Source of the DNA: Bacteroidota bacterium
GTDB taxonomy: Bacteria; Bacteroidota; Bacteroidia; Bacteroidales; JAADJA01
DNA: 64,000 bases
Direction of reading: 5' to 3'
NCBI GenBank assembly: GCA_020444515.1
Contig: JAHLKX010000002.1
Span: 520,146-584,145 of the forward strand
Shown: positions 8,480-18,463 of the stretch, in pieces
How positions within the stretch are numbered: position 1 is the first letter of the stretch
Layout of the letters: each line of letters opens with the position of its first letter
The notes under the pieces: generated by a model
Told to the model about the DNA's origin: nothing
The model's input: only the letters and a program-made list of their open reading frames with translations
The model's database searches: none
Made by a program: the position numbers and the translations under genes

Positions 8480-10822
8480 TTAGTCTTGCCTGGATACCTG
8501 GAACGAAGTTGAACCCCTGATTTTTTGCCCCGATATGGTATGGCCTGACAGGATGACCTGGTATCGGGATGGGTGATCTGAGGTGAAAAATTCATGGATG
8601 AGTGTTTCATTGTCATTTCCGTTGATCTGATCATAAAACAACAGTGTTTTGAACCAGGGAATCGTTTTGCTTAAGGATTCGATTTCATGTTTCGAAACAG
8701 GTGTGAATTTTGCTGGGAGCGACCTTGTTCTGTAGTTTATAAACACCACTTCATCTGATAAATCAATTCCTCCGAAATTATCGGTTTTGGTACGGATGGA
8801 AACGAGTCCACGAATGGTTAAATCACCCATGATATAGGTTCGGTTCATTACTTCTATTCTATCGATTTGCGCGGGGTGCAGGTTTAATAACAATCCGGCA
8901 TCTGTGATCGGAATGCCATCAAGCAAGATCAATGGATCATCATAGGTTAATTCGGATTGGTCATCATAAACAAGCAATTGATACTGTCCATTGCGTTCGC
9001 GTAAGCGAGTATGTGTGACAATTTCATTAAAAACTTCCTGAATGGAGATGAGGGCAATATAGTCGGATAAGACAATGGTTTTCATTTTGGTCCCGAACCA
9101 GGAAGGTATTTGATCGACCGATGCTAAAGTTGCCCTATCATTAAATCCAAAACCTTTTGATACCTGGAGATTCAGAAGCAAGGATTCCATTAACTGACGG
9201 TCAGAAGTATCAAAATAAAGTGGTGTTTCCTGAAAATGTATAAATTGTGTTGAAAAATCATTGTACAATAAAATTTCTGCTGCTGCCAGGCTATCAGCAT
9301 CCGTACAAAGAAATAAATCCTGATTTCCTTCAAGTTGTGGCAGGCTTAGAATAAATCTGCCATCACCGGATGTTTTGGTGGTGTGCAACTGAAAATTATC
9401 GTGTAATACGGAGGCATATACCCTCAAATCAGGAAGGGGTTGTCCTGTGTTTTTATTTTTTACAACCCCCGTAATGGATACATCGCGAATATCCGGTATA
9501 AATTCAATATTTTGTTCAGGGGAGGTTTTGAATTCATCGAAAAAAGATTTTGCCCGGTCATTATAGATCATAAGGCCGGCTTGCAATTGTTCTGATATGC
9601 CGGAATTAGAAAGATTAATGGAGGCATCTCGCAGCAGTACCGGGTTGGCTAATAAGTTTGCAGAGATTATTTCCGACGAAAGGATGGTACCTTCCTTGAC
9701 CACGGATAATTGCAACAACCCTATATCCAAATGATTCAGGACCAAACTGTCCATCGTCAATTCAACTTTCTCACGGGTATTATAGATCAACTTCTCTGTT
9801 TTCAGAGGGATGTCAATCATTTGATCCGGCGCTTTGAACAGGGTATTCATATCGATCAGCCGGTCATCCTGTGATCGCACCACCACATAGATCAACCCTT
9901 CTGTTAGTTGGCTTTTGTCCACCGAAAGTCCTTCAAAAGTTTGCCCTTCCTCAACCGAGAGGCTTTTAATCAGTTCATATTCTTGTGACCAAATTTCAAT
10001 ATTAAGTGGCCTGGAAGATTTCAATAAGTGCAAATTACCAAAGAAGCCTACCCTCAGTTCATCGTCACTCCATGAAGTTTGCATCGCAGCAATATCCTTC
10101 CTTACATCTGGTAATGAAAGGTCAAGGGTGTCATTGTGGTCCATCATCATTCTGATAAAATAGGCATTGGTATCGGAGGGTGTAAAAATGCCGGTTGCCA
10201 GTCCGTTATTGAACCAGTTCAGGTTGCCCCTTTCAAAACCAGAAGTATCCATGATGGTAAGCGAAATAATATCGTTGCTCCTGTATGCAGGATACTGGAG
10301 TGCGATCCGGTTAGGGATGCCGGGAATCAAAGCTCCGAATTGAGTCAAAAGTTGGGGTTCAGTAATGATGTCGGGTTGTACCGGTGGAAATTCAGGATTT
10401 AAAATGGCAATGGATCCATTGAAATAAGATTCCGGAGGATAGTTTCGCAAGAGTTGCGTGTAGGCCCTGATAAAATAATGTGCCGAAGGCAATTCTTCAG
10501 GAATGGAGATCATGCCGGATGTACTCCCGTTTGCAAGCATGAATTTTTCCTGAACGAATATTTTTTGATGAACATCGTATAATTCCACGTAAAGAATATT
10601 GCTGACCGGACTTGATCCTTTCCCGTCTTTGAGGAAGCAGGAAGCTGAGAACCAGATGTTTTCTCCGGCTATGTACAAATTCCGGTCTGTCAGCAAAGTG
10701 ACCTTTTCAGGAGCTCTTTCAGGTAATACCAGGCTGATATCCTGCGCATAAAGCGGACCTGATAACCATAAGCCAGCCAGGATGATATTTAAGAGGTATG
10801 ATATGTAGTGTTTTGTCTTCAT
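8480..10822 (-). CDS. Secreted 780-aa protein: MG2-like N-terminus, CarboxypepD_reg-like domain, Plug-like C-terminal region without a barrel
   Basis: Signal peptide '...LSGPLYAQ'. 'TDRNLYIAGENIWF' is macroglobulin-like, 'ITGVVKNKNTGQPLPDLRVYA...TSGDGRFIL' is CarboxypepD_reg-like, and 'LILLDGIPITDAGLLLNLHPAQIDRIEVMNRTYIMGDLTIRGLVSIRTK' is plug-like. ATGA start/stop overlap with the upstream gene. Confidence 0.6.
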   Translation of the reverse strand: MKTKHYISYLLNIILAGLWLSGPLYAQDISLVLPERAPEKVTLLTDRNLYIAGENIWFSASCFLKDGKGSSPVSNILYVELYDVHQKIFVQEKFMLANGSTSGMISIPEELPSAHYFIRAYTQLLRNYPPESYFNGSIAILNPEFPPVQPDIITEPQLLTQFGALIPGIPNRIALQYPAYRSNDIISLTIMDTSGFERGNLNWFNNGLATGIFTPSDTNAYFIRMMMDHNDTLDLSLPDVRKDIAAMQTSWSDDELRVGFFGNLHLLKSSRPLNIEIWSQEYELIKSLSVEEGQTFEGLSVDKSQLTEGLIYVVVRSQDDRLIDMNTLFKAPDQMIDIPLKTEKLIYNTREKVELTMDSLVLNHLDIGLLQLSVVKEGTILSSEIISANLLANPVLLRDASINLSNSGISEQLQAGLMIYNDRAKSFFDEFKTSPEQNIEFIPDIRDVSITGVVKNKNTGQPLPDLRVYASVLHDNFQLHTTKTSGDGRFILSLPQLEGNQDLFLCTDADSLAAAEILLYNDFSTQFIHFQETPLYFDTSDRQLMESLLLNLQVSKGFGFNDRATLASVDQIPSWFGTKMKTIVLSDYIALISIQEVFNEIVTHTRLRERNGQYQLLVYDDQSELTYDDPLILLDGIPITDAGLLLNLHPAQIDRIEVMNRTYIMGDLTIRGLVSIRTKTDNFGGIDLSDEVVFINYRTRSLPAKFTPVSKHEIESLSKTIPWFKTLLFYDQINGNDNETLIHEFFTSDHPSRYQVILSGHTISGQKIRGSTSFQVSRQD

Positions 10823-12060
10823 TTTTTATCGATCCAGAAATCAGGTTTAATTAAGGTTCCGCTATTGGCCCGGCAATCGCAACAACTTTTTGGGGGAACT
10901 GCTCGGACATAATTTTTATCGACGACCACATATTTCGGATAATTTCTCCAATCATTCGTTCTGAACATGAAACCATATTCTTTATAGTCGGCTTCGGTTA
11001 ATTCGCATATGGGATAATACATTTGAATAGGAGGCAGAGGCCGGTCCATAAATATCCGCTTTGTATGTATTCCAGCCACCTCAAAATATCCCAGAACGGG
11101 TTCTTCCTCATCGGCTATGTTATAAACATTGCTCTTAATTTGGTAAGGAACCGATGTATACAAACTTGTCCCGGATGTATTTTGATCTTCGATTTCTTTC
11201 CAGTATTTATAGGCTTTTTCGGTGAGGGTAAGTTGATGGATCAATAAACTATAACGTATTGAAAATTCCCTGGTGGCAAAAGACACATAATGAAGCGGAA
11301 AATCTGAAATGACCGGTTGGTTTAATCCTACGGTTGTTCCAGTAAAAATCTCTGTTATCTTCTCTGTTTTCCAGCAAGTTTCCAGTGAGTCGGGTTCAGG
11401 AAAATCATGGAGCTGTCCATCATAATAGAAATATATTTTAAAATCTGCATTAAACATGTAGGTTTCTTCCATCTGCCATCGCAGATAATTGGTATCATTT
11501 GAGGCCATTTCCGTTCCGATGTAAAATTGATATCCGAGGATATCAAAATAGTGATTTACATTATTTCCATATTCTAGATTGGCATAAAGCGTATCTATTT
11601 TAATGGGTTGCTGTAAAAGCTCAAAATCAGAGGCATATGATTTTCCTTCAGGATCATTGAGGGTAATTTTATAATAGCGGCCTGGAATGCCCTGAATGCC
11701 ATTGGCATCGGTACTGTATACGCCCTCTTCAGTTTCAGTAAGTGTTTCTGAATTGCCCAGATTGTCCTGGATCGTTACTTCAAAACCTGAAAGCGGAAAA
11801 TATTTTGGATAAAGCAGCGTGGTAGAGTGTGATAGTTTAACAATATAAGGACCCGGATCAGTTGTGATCCTTCCCTGAACCACCAGTAGATTTTCATATT
11901 TATCACTCAATTCTGGCCAATACATCTCTTCACACGAAAACAGGAAAATAATCAGGAGAAGACTCAGTATATTGACCCACCTTGTCATAAATAGCTTGTC
12001 CTTCAGAAAAAATTTCTTGCTATTCAGGGAATCATAGATCTTTATGTTATTGGTGTGCAT
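10819..12060 (-). CDS. DUF4249-family lipoprotein (copy 2)
   Basis: Lipobox 'IIFLFSCEE', 'LLVVQGRITTDPGPYIVKLSHST' and a C-terminal 'CCDCRANSGTLIKPDFW'. It is a paralog of 12073-13230. The true start may be the ATG at 11988. Confidence 0.7.
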   Translation of the reverse strand: MHTNNIKIYDSLNSKKFFLKDKLFMTRWVNILSLLLIIFLFSCEEMYWPELSDKYENLLVVQGRITTDPGPYIVKLSHSTTLLYPKYFPLSGFEVTIQDNLGNSETLTETEEGVYSTDANGIQGIPGRYYKITLNDPEGKSYASDFELLQQPIKIDTLYANLEYGNNVNHYFDILGYQFYIGTEMASNDTNYLRWQMEETYMFNADFKIYFYYDGQLHDFPEPDSLETCWKTEKITEIFTGTTVGLNQPVISDFPLHYVSFATREFSIRYSLLIHQLTLTEKAYKYWKEIEDQNTSGTSLYTSVPYQIKSNVYNIADEEEPVLGYFEVAGIHTKRIFMDRPLPPIQMYYPICELTEADYKEYGFMFRTNDWRNYPKYVVVDKNYVRAVPPKSCCDCRANSGTLIKPDFWIDKK

Positions 12061-12072
12061 AATTCAAATTAA

Positions 12073-13230
12073 TTAATAACTTGTCCAAAAAGCTGGTTTT
12101 TCAATGGTCCCTCCTCTCAGCCGGCAGTCCATGCATGCTTGCAATGGAAGCGCCATACCCCCTTCGGGGCCTGTTGTTACATAAACAGGCCATGAATCGG
12201 GTGGATATAAATCGATGGTACTCATACTTTCATAATCACCTTCACTCAGCTCACATTTAAAAAAATAGAAAGGCAGGTTGGGTCTTTCAATGAAAATCCT
12301 TGATTTCGATATTCCGGCTGCAGTAAATTGTCCCAATACAGGTTCATCAGGATTACTGAGGCACCTTATATTCCCGATAATTTGAAAAGGTTGTTGCGAG
12401 AATAAACTGCCTTGCTCTTCATTTTGTTCCCGCACCCTGTCCCAGAAAGACCATGACTCCTTTTCCATTGTGTATTGGCTGACTAAAAGGCTATAACGGA
12501 TATAAAGATCCCGGGATTCGGTGTTGACATAATGTAATGGGAAGTGTCTGATAAGGGGCTCATTTAATACATCCATCCGGGATGTAAAGATTTCCGGAAT
12601 TCGCTTGGTCAACCAACAGGTCATCAAAGAATCGGGATTTGGAAAGGGTTTCAGCATGCCTTCAAAATAATACCTGATTTTGAATTCCGTCTGGTATTCA
12701 AACGTTGCATACAAGCTCCACATAAGAAATGTTTCATTGGAGTTTGCCCTTTTGGTGTCAAGGAAAAATCTCAAACCGACAATGTCATGATAAATCTCTT
12801 CTGACGATTGAAATTCCACTTCTGAATAGATACGATCCACATCAACAGGTTCCGGTAGATTTTCAAAAGAAGACAGGTATATTGCCCCATCGGATGTTTG
12901 AATCTCTAACTGGTAAAGGTTTCCAGTTTTTCCCTGAATACCATTCGGATCAGTATGATAGATTCCTTCTTCCATTTCTGTAAGGTATTCGGTATGGCCC
13001 TCGGAATCGCGGATGATTACTTCTGCATCGGTCAGTGGGATCACCCTGGGTTCTTGGAGGTCGGAGGAATAGGATAATTTCACCTGGTAAGGACCTTCAT
13101 CATTGGTGATCATGCCATCTACCACGACCAATTGCTCGTATTTGTCAACCTGCGGATCATATTCTTCAACACAAGCCGTTGTTATCATTAAAACCATGAT
13201 CAAGATTCTATGCAGCTTATTAATTTTCAA
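12073..13230 (-). CDS. DUF4249-family lipoprotein (copy 1)
   Basis: Lipobox 'MITTACVEE', 'LVVVDGMITNDEGPYQVKLSYSS' and a C-terminal 'CMDCRLRGGTIEKPAFW'. It overlaps the upstream receptor gene by 11 nt. Confidence 0.7.
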   Translation of the reverse strand: MKINKLHRILIMVLMITTACVEEYDPQVDKYEQLVVVDGMITNDEGPYQVKLSYSSDLQEPRVIPLTDAEVIIRDSEGHTEYLTEMEEGIYHTDPNGIQGKTGNLYQLEIQTSDGAIYLSSFENLPEPVDVDRIYSEVEFQSSEEIYHDIVGLRFFLDTKRANSNETFLMWSLYATFEYQTEFKIRYYFEGMLKPFPNPDSLMTCWLTKRIPEIFTSRMDVLNEPLIRHFPLHYVNTESRDLYIRYSLLVSQYTMEKESWSFWDRVREQNEEQGSLFSQQPFQIIGNIRCLSNPDEPVLGQFTAAGISKSRIFIERPNLPFYFFKCELSEGDYESMSTIDLYPPDSWPVYVTTGPEGGMALPLQACMDCRLRGGTIEKPAFWTSY

Positions 13231-16027
13231 AATTCCCGAGTTTAAAATTATACGTTACCGAAAATACGGGTACTGCAAAAATCGACAGTTTATAACCCCT
13301 TACCTGACCATTTTCCGATTTAAAATAAACCGAATAAGCATTGTTTCTTCCTGTGAGATTATACACTGAAAAATTCCAGGAACCGTGGGCAAATTTTTTA
13401 GCCTTTAGATTTCCTTCTATATTAACCGATAGATCAATCCTGAAATAATTAGGCAGCCGGTATTCATTTCTAACTGAATAATGGACCAGTTTTATGTCAT
13501 CCAGAAAGTAGATGGCAGTTGGATATGTTATGGGTCTGCCTGTTGAAAATACAACATTTCCCGAAAAACTGATCCTTCGTGATAATTTGTAGTTTGCCAC
13601 AAGATTAAAAGCATGGGGTTTGTCATAATTGGCCGGGTATGCTTTTCCGAAATTATTCATTTCACCGGTTTCTGGATTATTGACCTCAACTGTAGCATGG
13701 GACCAGGTGTAATTGACCCATCCATTTAACCGGCCCAGGGGTTTTTTTACCATGAATTCGAGACCATAAGCTTCCAGATCGCCCTGTACAATATCTGTTT
13801 CTGGAATTTCATTGGCGATCATCTGTGCACCATCCTTAAATTCAACAAGGTTTCGAACATCTTTATAATATCCTTCCACCGACACTTCAAAAATATCAGC
13901 CAGTACATTGGAATAAAAACCAAGTGAATACTGGTCACCCCGCATAGGTTTAATGTTATAGTCAGTCAACTTCCATGCATCTGTGGGAGATATGGCAATT
14001 GTATTGGAAAGCATGAAAATGTATTGGTGTAAGCGATTGACGCTACCTTTAACCGATAGGTGGTCATTGATGATATAACGGGCTGAAAAGCGATAATCGA
14101 GCCCATCGTAAGTTTTGATTAGTTCGTTGCTTTGATACAATGTCGTATCGCTGATGGTGCTGAGGGACCGTGGTTCCCCTATATAGTAGCTGTATACTGT
14201 TTTCGGTCCAAGATAGGAATACCTGTTATAACGCAGTCCGGCAGAAATCTGCAAATCGGCTGTGATATCCCATTGTTCGTTAAGGTATATTCCGCTTTCA
14301 ATTCCCTTTTCAGGTTCAAATTGCCTGGGTTCAATGGAGGAAGCTTCATTGTATGGGAGATAATCTCCGGGTTTGGATTCATACAGGATAGAATTAGCAC
14401 CCAGTAATAGGGTATGATGTTCGTTGGGATGAAGGGAGAGGTTTGCTTTCAATTCTGTATGACTGAGTGCATAGGAAATCTTATACGCAAATTGTTCATA
14501 TTCTGTGTTTCTGTCTTCATATTGGTAATTCCCCTGTGCCAGTGAAAGATCGAGCGAATGTTTATCTTTTATATAGTGCACCCATGAAAGAGCCCCACCA
14601 ATATTTTCATAGGTATTCTCGCTCAATGTGTTGATATCTGCATCATCATAGCTATAGTAAGTAAATAATCGCATTTCATTGCGGGGATTCAGTTTGATGG
14701 CGAAGTTGGCAATGGCATCTCCGAAATAAGCACTGCTGGAATTGAGGTCGGAATTTTGCATGGATCGCAGGATCCAATCAGAGTAGGTGGATCGCAATCC
14801 TACCATATAACTACTTTGATCTTTTTTAAAAGGCCCCTCTGCTACAATTCTGGCCGTTACGGGGCTAATTCCTCCACTGGCTTTAAATTGCTGAAAATCA
14901 CCTGTCTTGGAAGTAATATCAAATATGGAAGATAATCGACCACCGTAGTCTGCCGGAATATTGCTTTTCAATAATGTAAAATTGCTGATGGCATCCGAAT
15001 TGAATGCAGAGAAAAAACCAAATAAATGGGACGAGTTATAAACCGGAACTTCATTGATGTAAAATTGATTTTGATCAGCCGGGCTTCCCCTTACATTAAA
15101 TCCAGATGCTCCTTCTCCCACGGTTTGAACTCCGGGTAACATCAAAGCAACTTTGATAATATCCTTTTCTCCCAAAACAACAGGAACTTCTTTGATACTT
15201 TTTACAGAGATCTTTTCAAATCCCATTTGCGAACCCCTCACATTGTGTTCCTTTTCGCTGCTGACAACAAATTCTTCCAACGTGTATAGTTTTGGGATGA
15301 GCTCAATATCAAGGGTTCCACTCGATAAAACTTCCAGTTTGTATTTTTCTTGTTCGCTGTCCAAACTGCTTACAATGAGTGTATAATTTCCTTTTTTTAG
15401 ACTTATGTTATAGCGACCCAGATCATCTGTGGTTGTGCCCCTTTCAAGTTCTTCGATATAGAGGTTCCCACTGATAATGGGAGAGCCATCCTGTGCATTG
15501 CGAACCGTTCCGCTTAAAACAGGTCTTTTATTATTCATGCCTGCTTTCCGGTTGCCGATTACCACCGTTTTGGCCACATATTCTTTTCGGGTTTGTAGCC
15601 AGGTATTATTACTGGCTGAGGTTTCCCGGATGGTGTCAGAAGCTTTAATTTCTTCAATATGATGGGTGAAAAAAGAGTCTGGAAATTTCGTTCTGATGGC
15701 TCCCTCGCTGGTGATAAAGATATTTCCATTCCTGTCGATGGCATAATAGAGATTGTGTGATTCAAGATTTTCTTTCAATACCTGCGTGAGATGCATAGAA
15801 TCCTTAAGGATCAATAGTTTAAAGTCTGCAATGCTATCGGATTGGTAATAAAATCTGACAGGGAAGGTTTGTTCTGTTTTACTTACAAAATCTTTCCAGT
15901 TAAGTCCATCCCATGTTTTATCCAGTATAAATGATTGTACCTGTGCATGGATTTGAAATGCCAATACACAAGTGATGAACCATATAATGCCGAATTTAAT
16001 CCCTATTTTCAGATAGCTCTGCATCAC
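13220..16027 (-). CDS. TonB-dependent receptor with N-terminal STN-like and CarboxypepD_reg-like domains
   Basis: 935 aa with a signal peptide. The STN-like region is 'WKDFVSKTEQTFPVRFYYQSD...', the CarboxypepD_reg-like region is 'LSGTVRNAQDGSPIISGNLYIEELERGTTTDDLGRYNISL', and the plug is 'GFNVRGSPADQNQFYINEVPVYN'. A long beta-barrel follows. Confidence 0.8.
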   Translation of the reverse strand: MMQSYLKIGIKFGIIWFITCVLAFQIHAQVQSFILDKTWDGLNWKDFVSKTEQTFPVRFYYQSDSIADFKLLILKDSMHLTQVLKENLESHNLYYAIDRNGNIFITSEGAIRTKFPDSFFTHHIEEIKASDTIRETSASNNTWLQTRKEYVAKTVVIGNRKAGMNNKRPVLSGTVRNAQDGSPIISGNLYIEELERGTTTDDLGRYNISLKKGNYTLIVSSLDSEQEKYKLEVLSSGTLDIELIPKLYTLEEFVVSSEKEHNVRGSQMGFEKISVKSIKEVPVVLGEKDIIKVALMLPGVQTVGEGASGFNVRGSPADQNQFYINEVPVYNSSHLFGFFSAFNSDAISNFTLLKSNIPADYGGRLSSIFDITSKTGDFQQFKASGGISPVTARIVAEGPFKKDQSSYMVGLRSTYSDWILRSMQNSDLNSSSAYFGDAIANFAIKLNPRNEMRLFTYYSYDDADINTLSENTYENIGGALSWVHYIKDKHSLDLSLAQGNYQYEDRNTEYEQFAYKISYALSHTELKANLSLHPNEHHTLLLGANSILYESKPGDYLPYNEASSIEPRQFEPEKGIESGIYLNEQWDITADLQISAGLRYNRYSYLGPKTVYSYYIGEPRSLSTISDTTLYQSNELIKTYDGLDYRFSARYIINDHLSVKGSVNRLHQYIFMLSNTIAISPTDAWKLTDYNIKPMRGDQYSLGFYSNVLADIFEVSVEGYYKDVRNLVEFKDGAQMIANEIPETDIVQGDLEAYGLEFMVKKPLGRLNGWVNYTWSHATVEVNNPETGEMNNFGKAYPANYDKPHAFNLVANYKLSRRISFSGNVVFSTGRPITYPTAIYFLDDIKLVHYSVRNEYRLPNYFRIDLSVNIEGNLKAKKFAHGSWNFSVYNLTGRNNAYSVYFKSENGQVRGYKLSIFAVPVFSVTYNFKLGNFEN

Positions 16028-16814
16028 ACCACTTTAATAATTCGAAAAACTCATTTTCTGTTGCTTTTTTAAACTGAAAATGCATCTGTCGCATTTTCTT
16101 TTTCAAAGGCGTTCGTATTGGTTCGAAGGTATTTTTGAGGGATCTGTTATTGATTATTCTATTGGAGCGCCCATTCCAGTGTATAAAAATACCATTCGAA
16201 AGTTTGGTATAAAAGCCAAAAGGATTGTTCCTGGAATATTGATTCCTAAAAATCTTTGAGTATTTTCTGTAAGCTAAAAATTTACCGTTGAACAAGATTT
16301 CACCGAAGCCCATCAAACTAAACGTCGAATCATATTGTGACAGGTTGGAGAATGTACGAGCATCCATTTGAAATTCATCAATTTGTGCTGAATTTAAAAG
16401 GATTGGAAGATTTACATCTGATCCTTGAATATGTTTTTTGAGGATGAGGATATCCTGTTCTATGTTGTATTTAATTTCCACATTCCGGAAAGTATTCCCG
16501 AGCATTGTAATATCCGCTATATTCCAATCCTGTTCAGTCAGAAACGGATGTCCGGAAGCTTTCGGATTGGCAGGGATATATACCAGCCCCCTTTCCAGGA
16601 AATCATCGGGTCCGTATAACAGGTTTGCATGATCCAAAATTTCTTGCATGCTATTTTTTTCATGCTGCTGTCCGTTGACCGGGATCGTAAAAAACGGAAT
16701 CCATGATAATCCAATGAATAAATGAATCATCATAAGAAATTTCCAGCGTTTTAATGCAGAAATGGGATTCCTGAAATTAAATTTGTTAAACATGGATATA
16801 AATACAGATTGCAT
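15996..16814 (-). CDS. Hypothetical signal-anchored protein, first gene of the receptor operon
   Basis: 272 aa with an N-terminal hydrophobic segment 'FLMMIHLFIGLSWIPFF'. It overlaps the receptor gene by 32 nt. I recognise no motif. Confidence 0.5.
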   Translation of the reverse strand: MQSVFISMFNKFNFRNPISALKRWKFLMMIHLFIGLSWIPFFTIPVNGQQHEKNSMQEILDHANLLYGPDDFLERGLVYIPANPKASGHPFLTEQDWNIADITMLGNTFRNVEIKYNIEQDILILKKHIQGSDVNLPILLNSAQIDEFQMDARTFSNLSQYDSTFSLMGFGEILFNGKFLAYRKYSKIFRNQYSRNNPFGFYTKLSNGIFIHWNGRSNRIINNRSLKNTFEPIRTPLKKKMRQMHFQFKKATENEFFELLKWCDAELSENRD

Positions 16815-16974
16815 TCAATATATTGAAAATGTTTCAATTGCAACCGGCAGATAAAGTGGTGATAAAACCAGGTATGAGTAAATTAAAAAAAGTTGGTATT
16901 GGTTAGATATCTTTTAGATGAGGTTGCATTATTCTTGATGTAAATTTTCAGGGTCTAAAATTGGTTATAAAAAG

Positions 16975-17005
16975 GAAAAAGACTGCCCGGAAGGCAGTCT
17001 TTTTC
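16975..17005 (-). terminator. Rho-independent terminator after the susD-like gene
   Basis: Hairpin agactgcc-cggaa-ggcagtct at 16980-17000, flanked by A5 and T5 runs. Confidence 0.8.
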
Positions 17006-17017
17006 ATAAATCTAATA

Positions 17018-18451
17018 TTAAAACTTATCCCAGAACAATTTAGTGGCTTGCAAATCACCACCAATGGCTGAGGATGCATTATAATAATTGGTAGCATTTA
17101 ATGTTTGCTCATTTACGGGGTACGTAAATCTCTTAGGAATTACGCCCGGTTCAGCAGGTGATGGAGGCATGGTCAGTTCCGGATAATCCAGTCTTCTCCA
17201 TGTATTCCATGCAAGATGGCCCCTTAAATAATAAGCGATCCAGGCTTGCTCACCAATGCTTTCTTTCCAGTTGGCTCCATCATAGGCTACTTCTGGCTTG
17301 GCGATGTATGCGTCAGCATCATCACTTGAAAGACCCCAAAATTCGAAAGAAGCCTTAATGCCATTGTTGTAGTGTTCTTCAGCACTGCCACCTACACTAA
17401 ATCCGCGTTGAGCGGCTTCAGCCAGGTAGAAAGATACCTCAATACCATCCGCTAATGTGATGGGGAAAGTAGGTTCCTCAATGCGTTCTGCAATGTGAGT
17501 GTAATTCGACCAGTTATTGCTTTCACCATAAATACCACCTTCATAAACGCCTTCTCCCAGATTTTGAGCAAAATAGGCCGGTCTGCGCGGGTCTTCGAGC
17601 TCATTCAACCTGTCGACAAAAGTGTTGGCAGGAACAAAGTCGTGACGTCCGCTTTGCACCAAATCAACAAAAAGCGGATTGGAATTGGAACCACCTACAT
17701 AAACAAGTTCACACAGCTCATTGGGAGCAAATGCTTTGTCATAGGATGCTTCAATGATGCTCTTGGCAAGGTTTTCATTGTGATCAGCAAGGGTAATCGC
17801 CATTCTCAATTTAAGAGTATGGGCAAATTTAATCCACATAGCTACATCACCATGGAAATAGAGGTCGTTGTCACCAAAGCTTCCATATCCTTCATCAATT
17901 CCTGCAACGGCGTCATCAATTTTTGTCAGTAACGCATCATAGATCCCCTCAGCATCATTATAAACTGGTGAGATGTTATCGATATCCAATGCCTGCTGAT
18001 AAGGAATGTCTCCAAATATTTCAACCAGCCAATTATATGTATAGGCCATTAAGATATCAATAACATAAAGCCTGTTTGCTTTCATGGCAACCTGCTCATC
18101 GCCTGCAGCGACTTCGGCACTGATGGCCTTTTTGGCATCATTAAGGTCAGCCAGCGTATTACGATAAAGAATCAGGAACATATTATCAGAGATTGTCCTA
18201 CCAACAATATCGTAATTAACTTCATCTGTGTAAGTAGTTTCAGTCCAGTACTGAGCAACCAGTTTGAAGATGTTCTCGTTTACATTCGTACTGGCAATCT
18301 GGTCTGCTAAGGCTTTTTGCGCATTGGCAAAAAGAAAATCACCGGGAACTTCCGTCGGATTTTTGATATCTGTATTGAATTCCTCAAAATCATCGGTACA
18401 GGAAATCGAGATACCCATCAATACTATAAATATTAAATATATTTTTTTCAT
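17018..18451 (-). CDS. SusD/RagB-family nutrient-binding outer-membrane lipoprotein
   Basis: Lipobox 'GISISCTDDFE', 477 aa and helical/TPR-like. It lies 12 nt downstream of a SusC-like gene. Confidence 0.8.
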   Translation of the reverse strand: MKKIYLIFIVLMGISISCTDDFEEFNTDIKNPTEVPGDFLFANAQKALADQIASTNVNENIFKLVAQYWTETTYTDEVNYDIVGRTISDNMFLILYRNTLADLNDAKKAISAEVAAGDEQVAMKANRLYVIDILMAYTYNWLVEIFGDIPYQQALDIDNISPVYNDAEGIYDALLTKIDDAVAGIDEGYGSFGDNDLYFHGDVAMWIKFAHTLKLRMAITLADHNENLAKSIIEASYDKAFAPNELCELVYVGGSNSNPLFVDLVQSGRHDFVPANTFVDRLNELEDPRRPAYFAQNLGEGVYEGGIYGESNNWSNYTHIAERIEEPTFPITLADGIEVSFYLAEAAQRGFSVGGSAEEHYNNGIKASFEFWGLSSDDADAYIAKPEVAYDGANWKESIGEQAWIAYYLRGHLAWNTWRRLDYPELTMPPSPAEPGVIPKRFTYPVNEQTLNATNYYNASSAIGGDLQATKLFWDKF

Positions 18452-18463
18452 AATTAAACGTTT

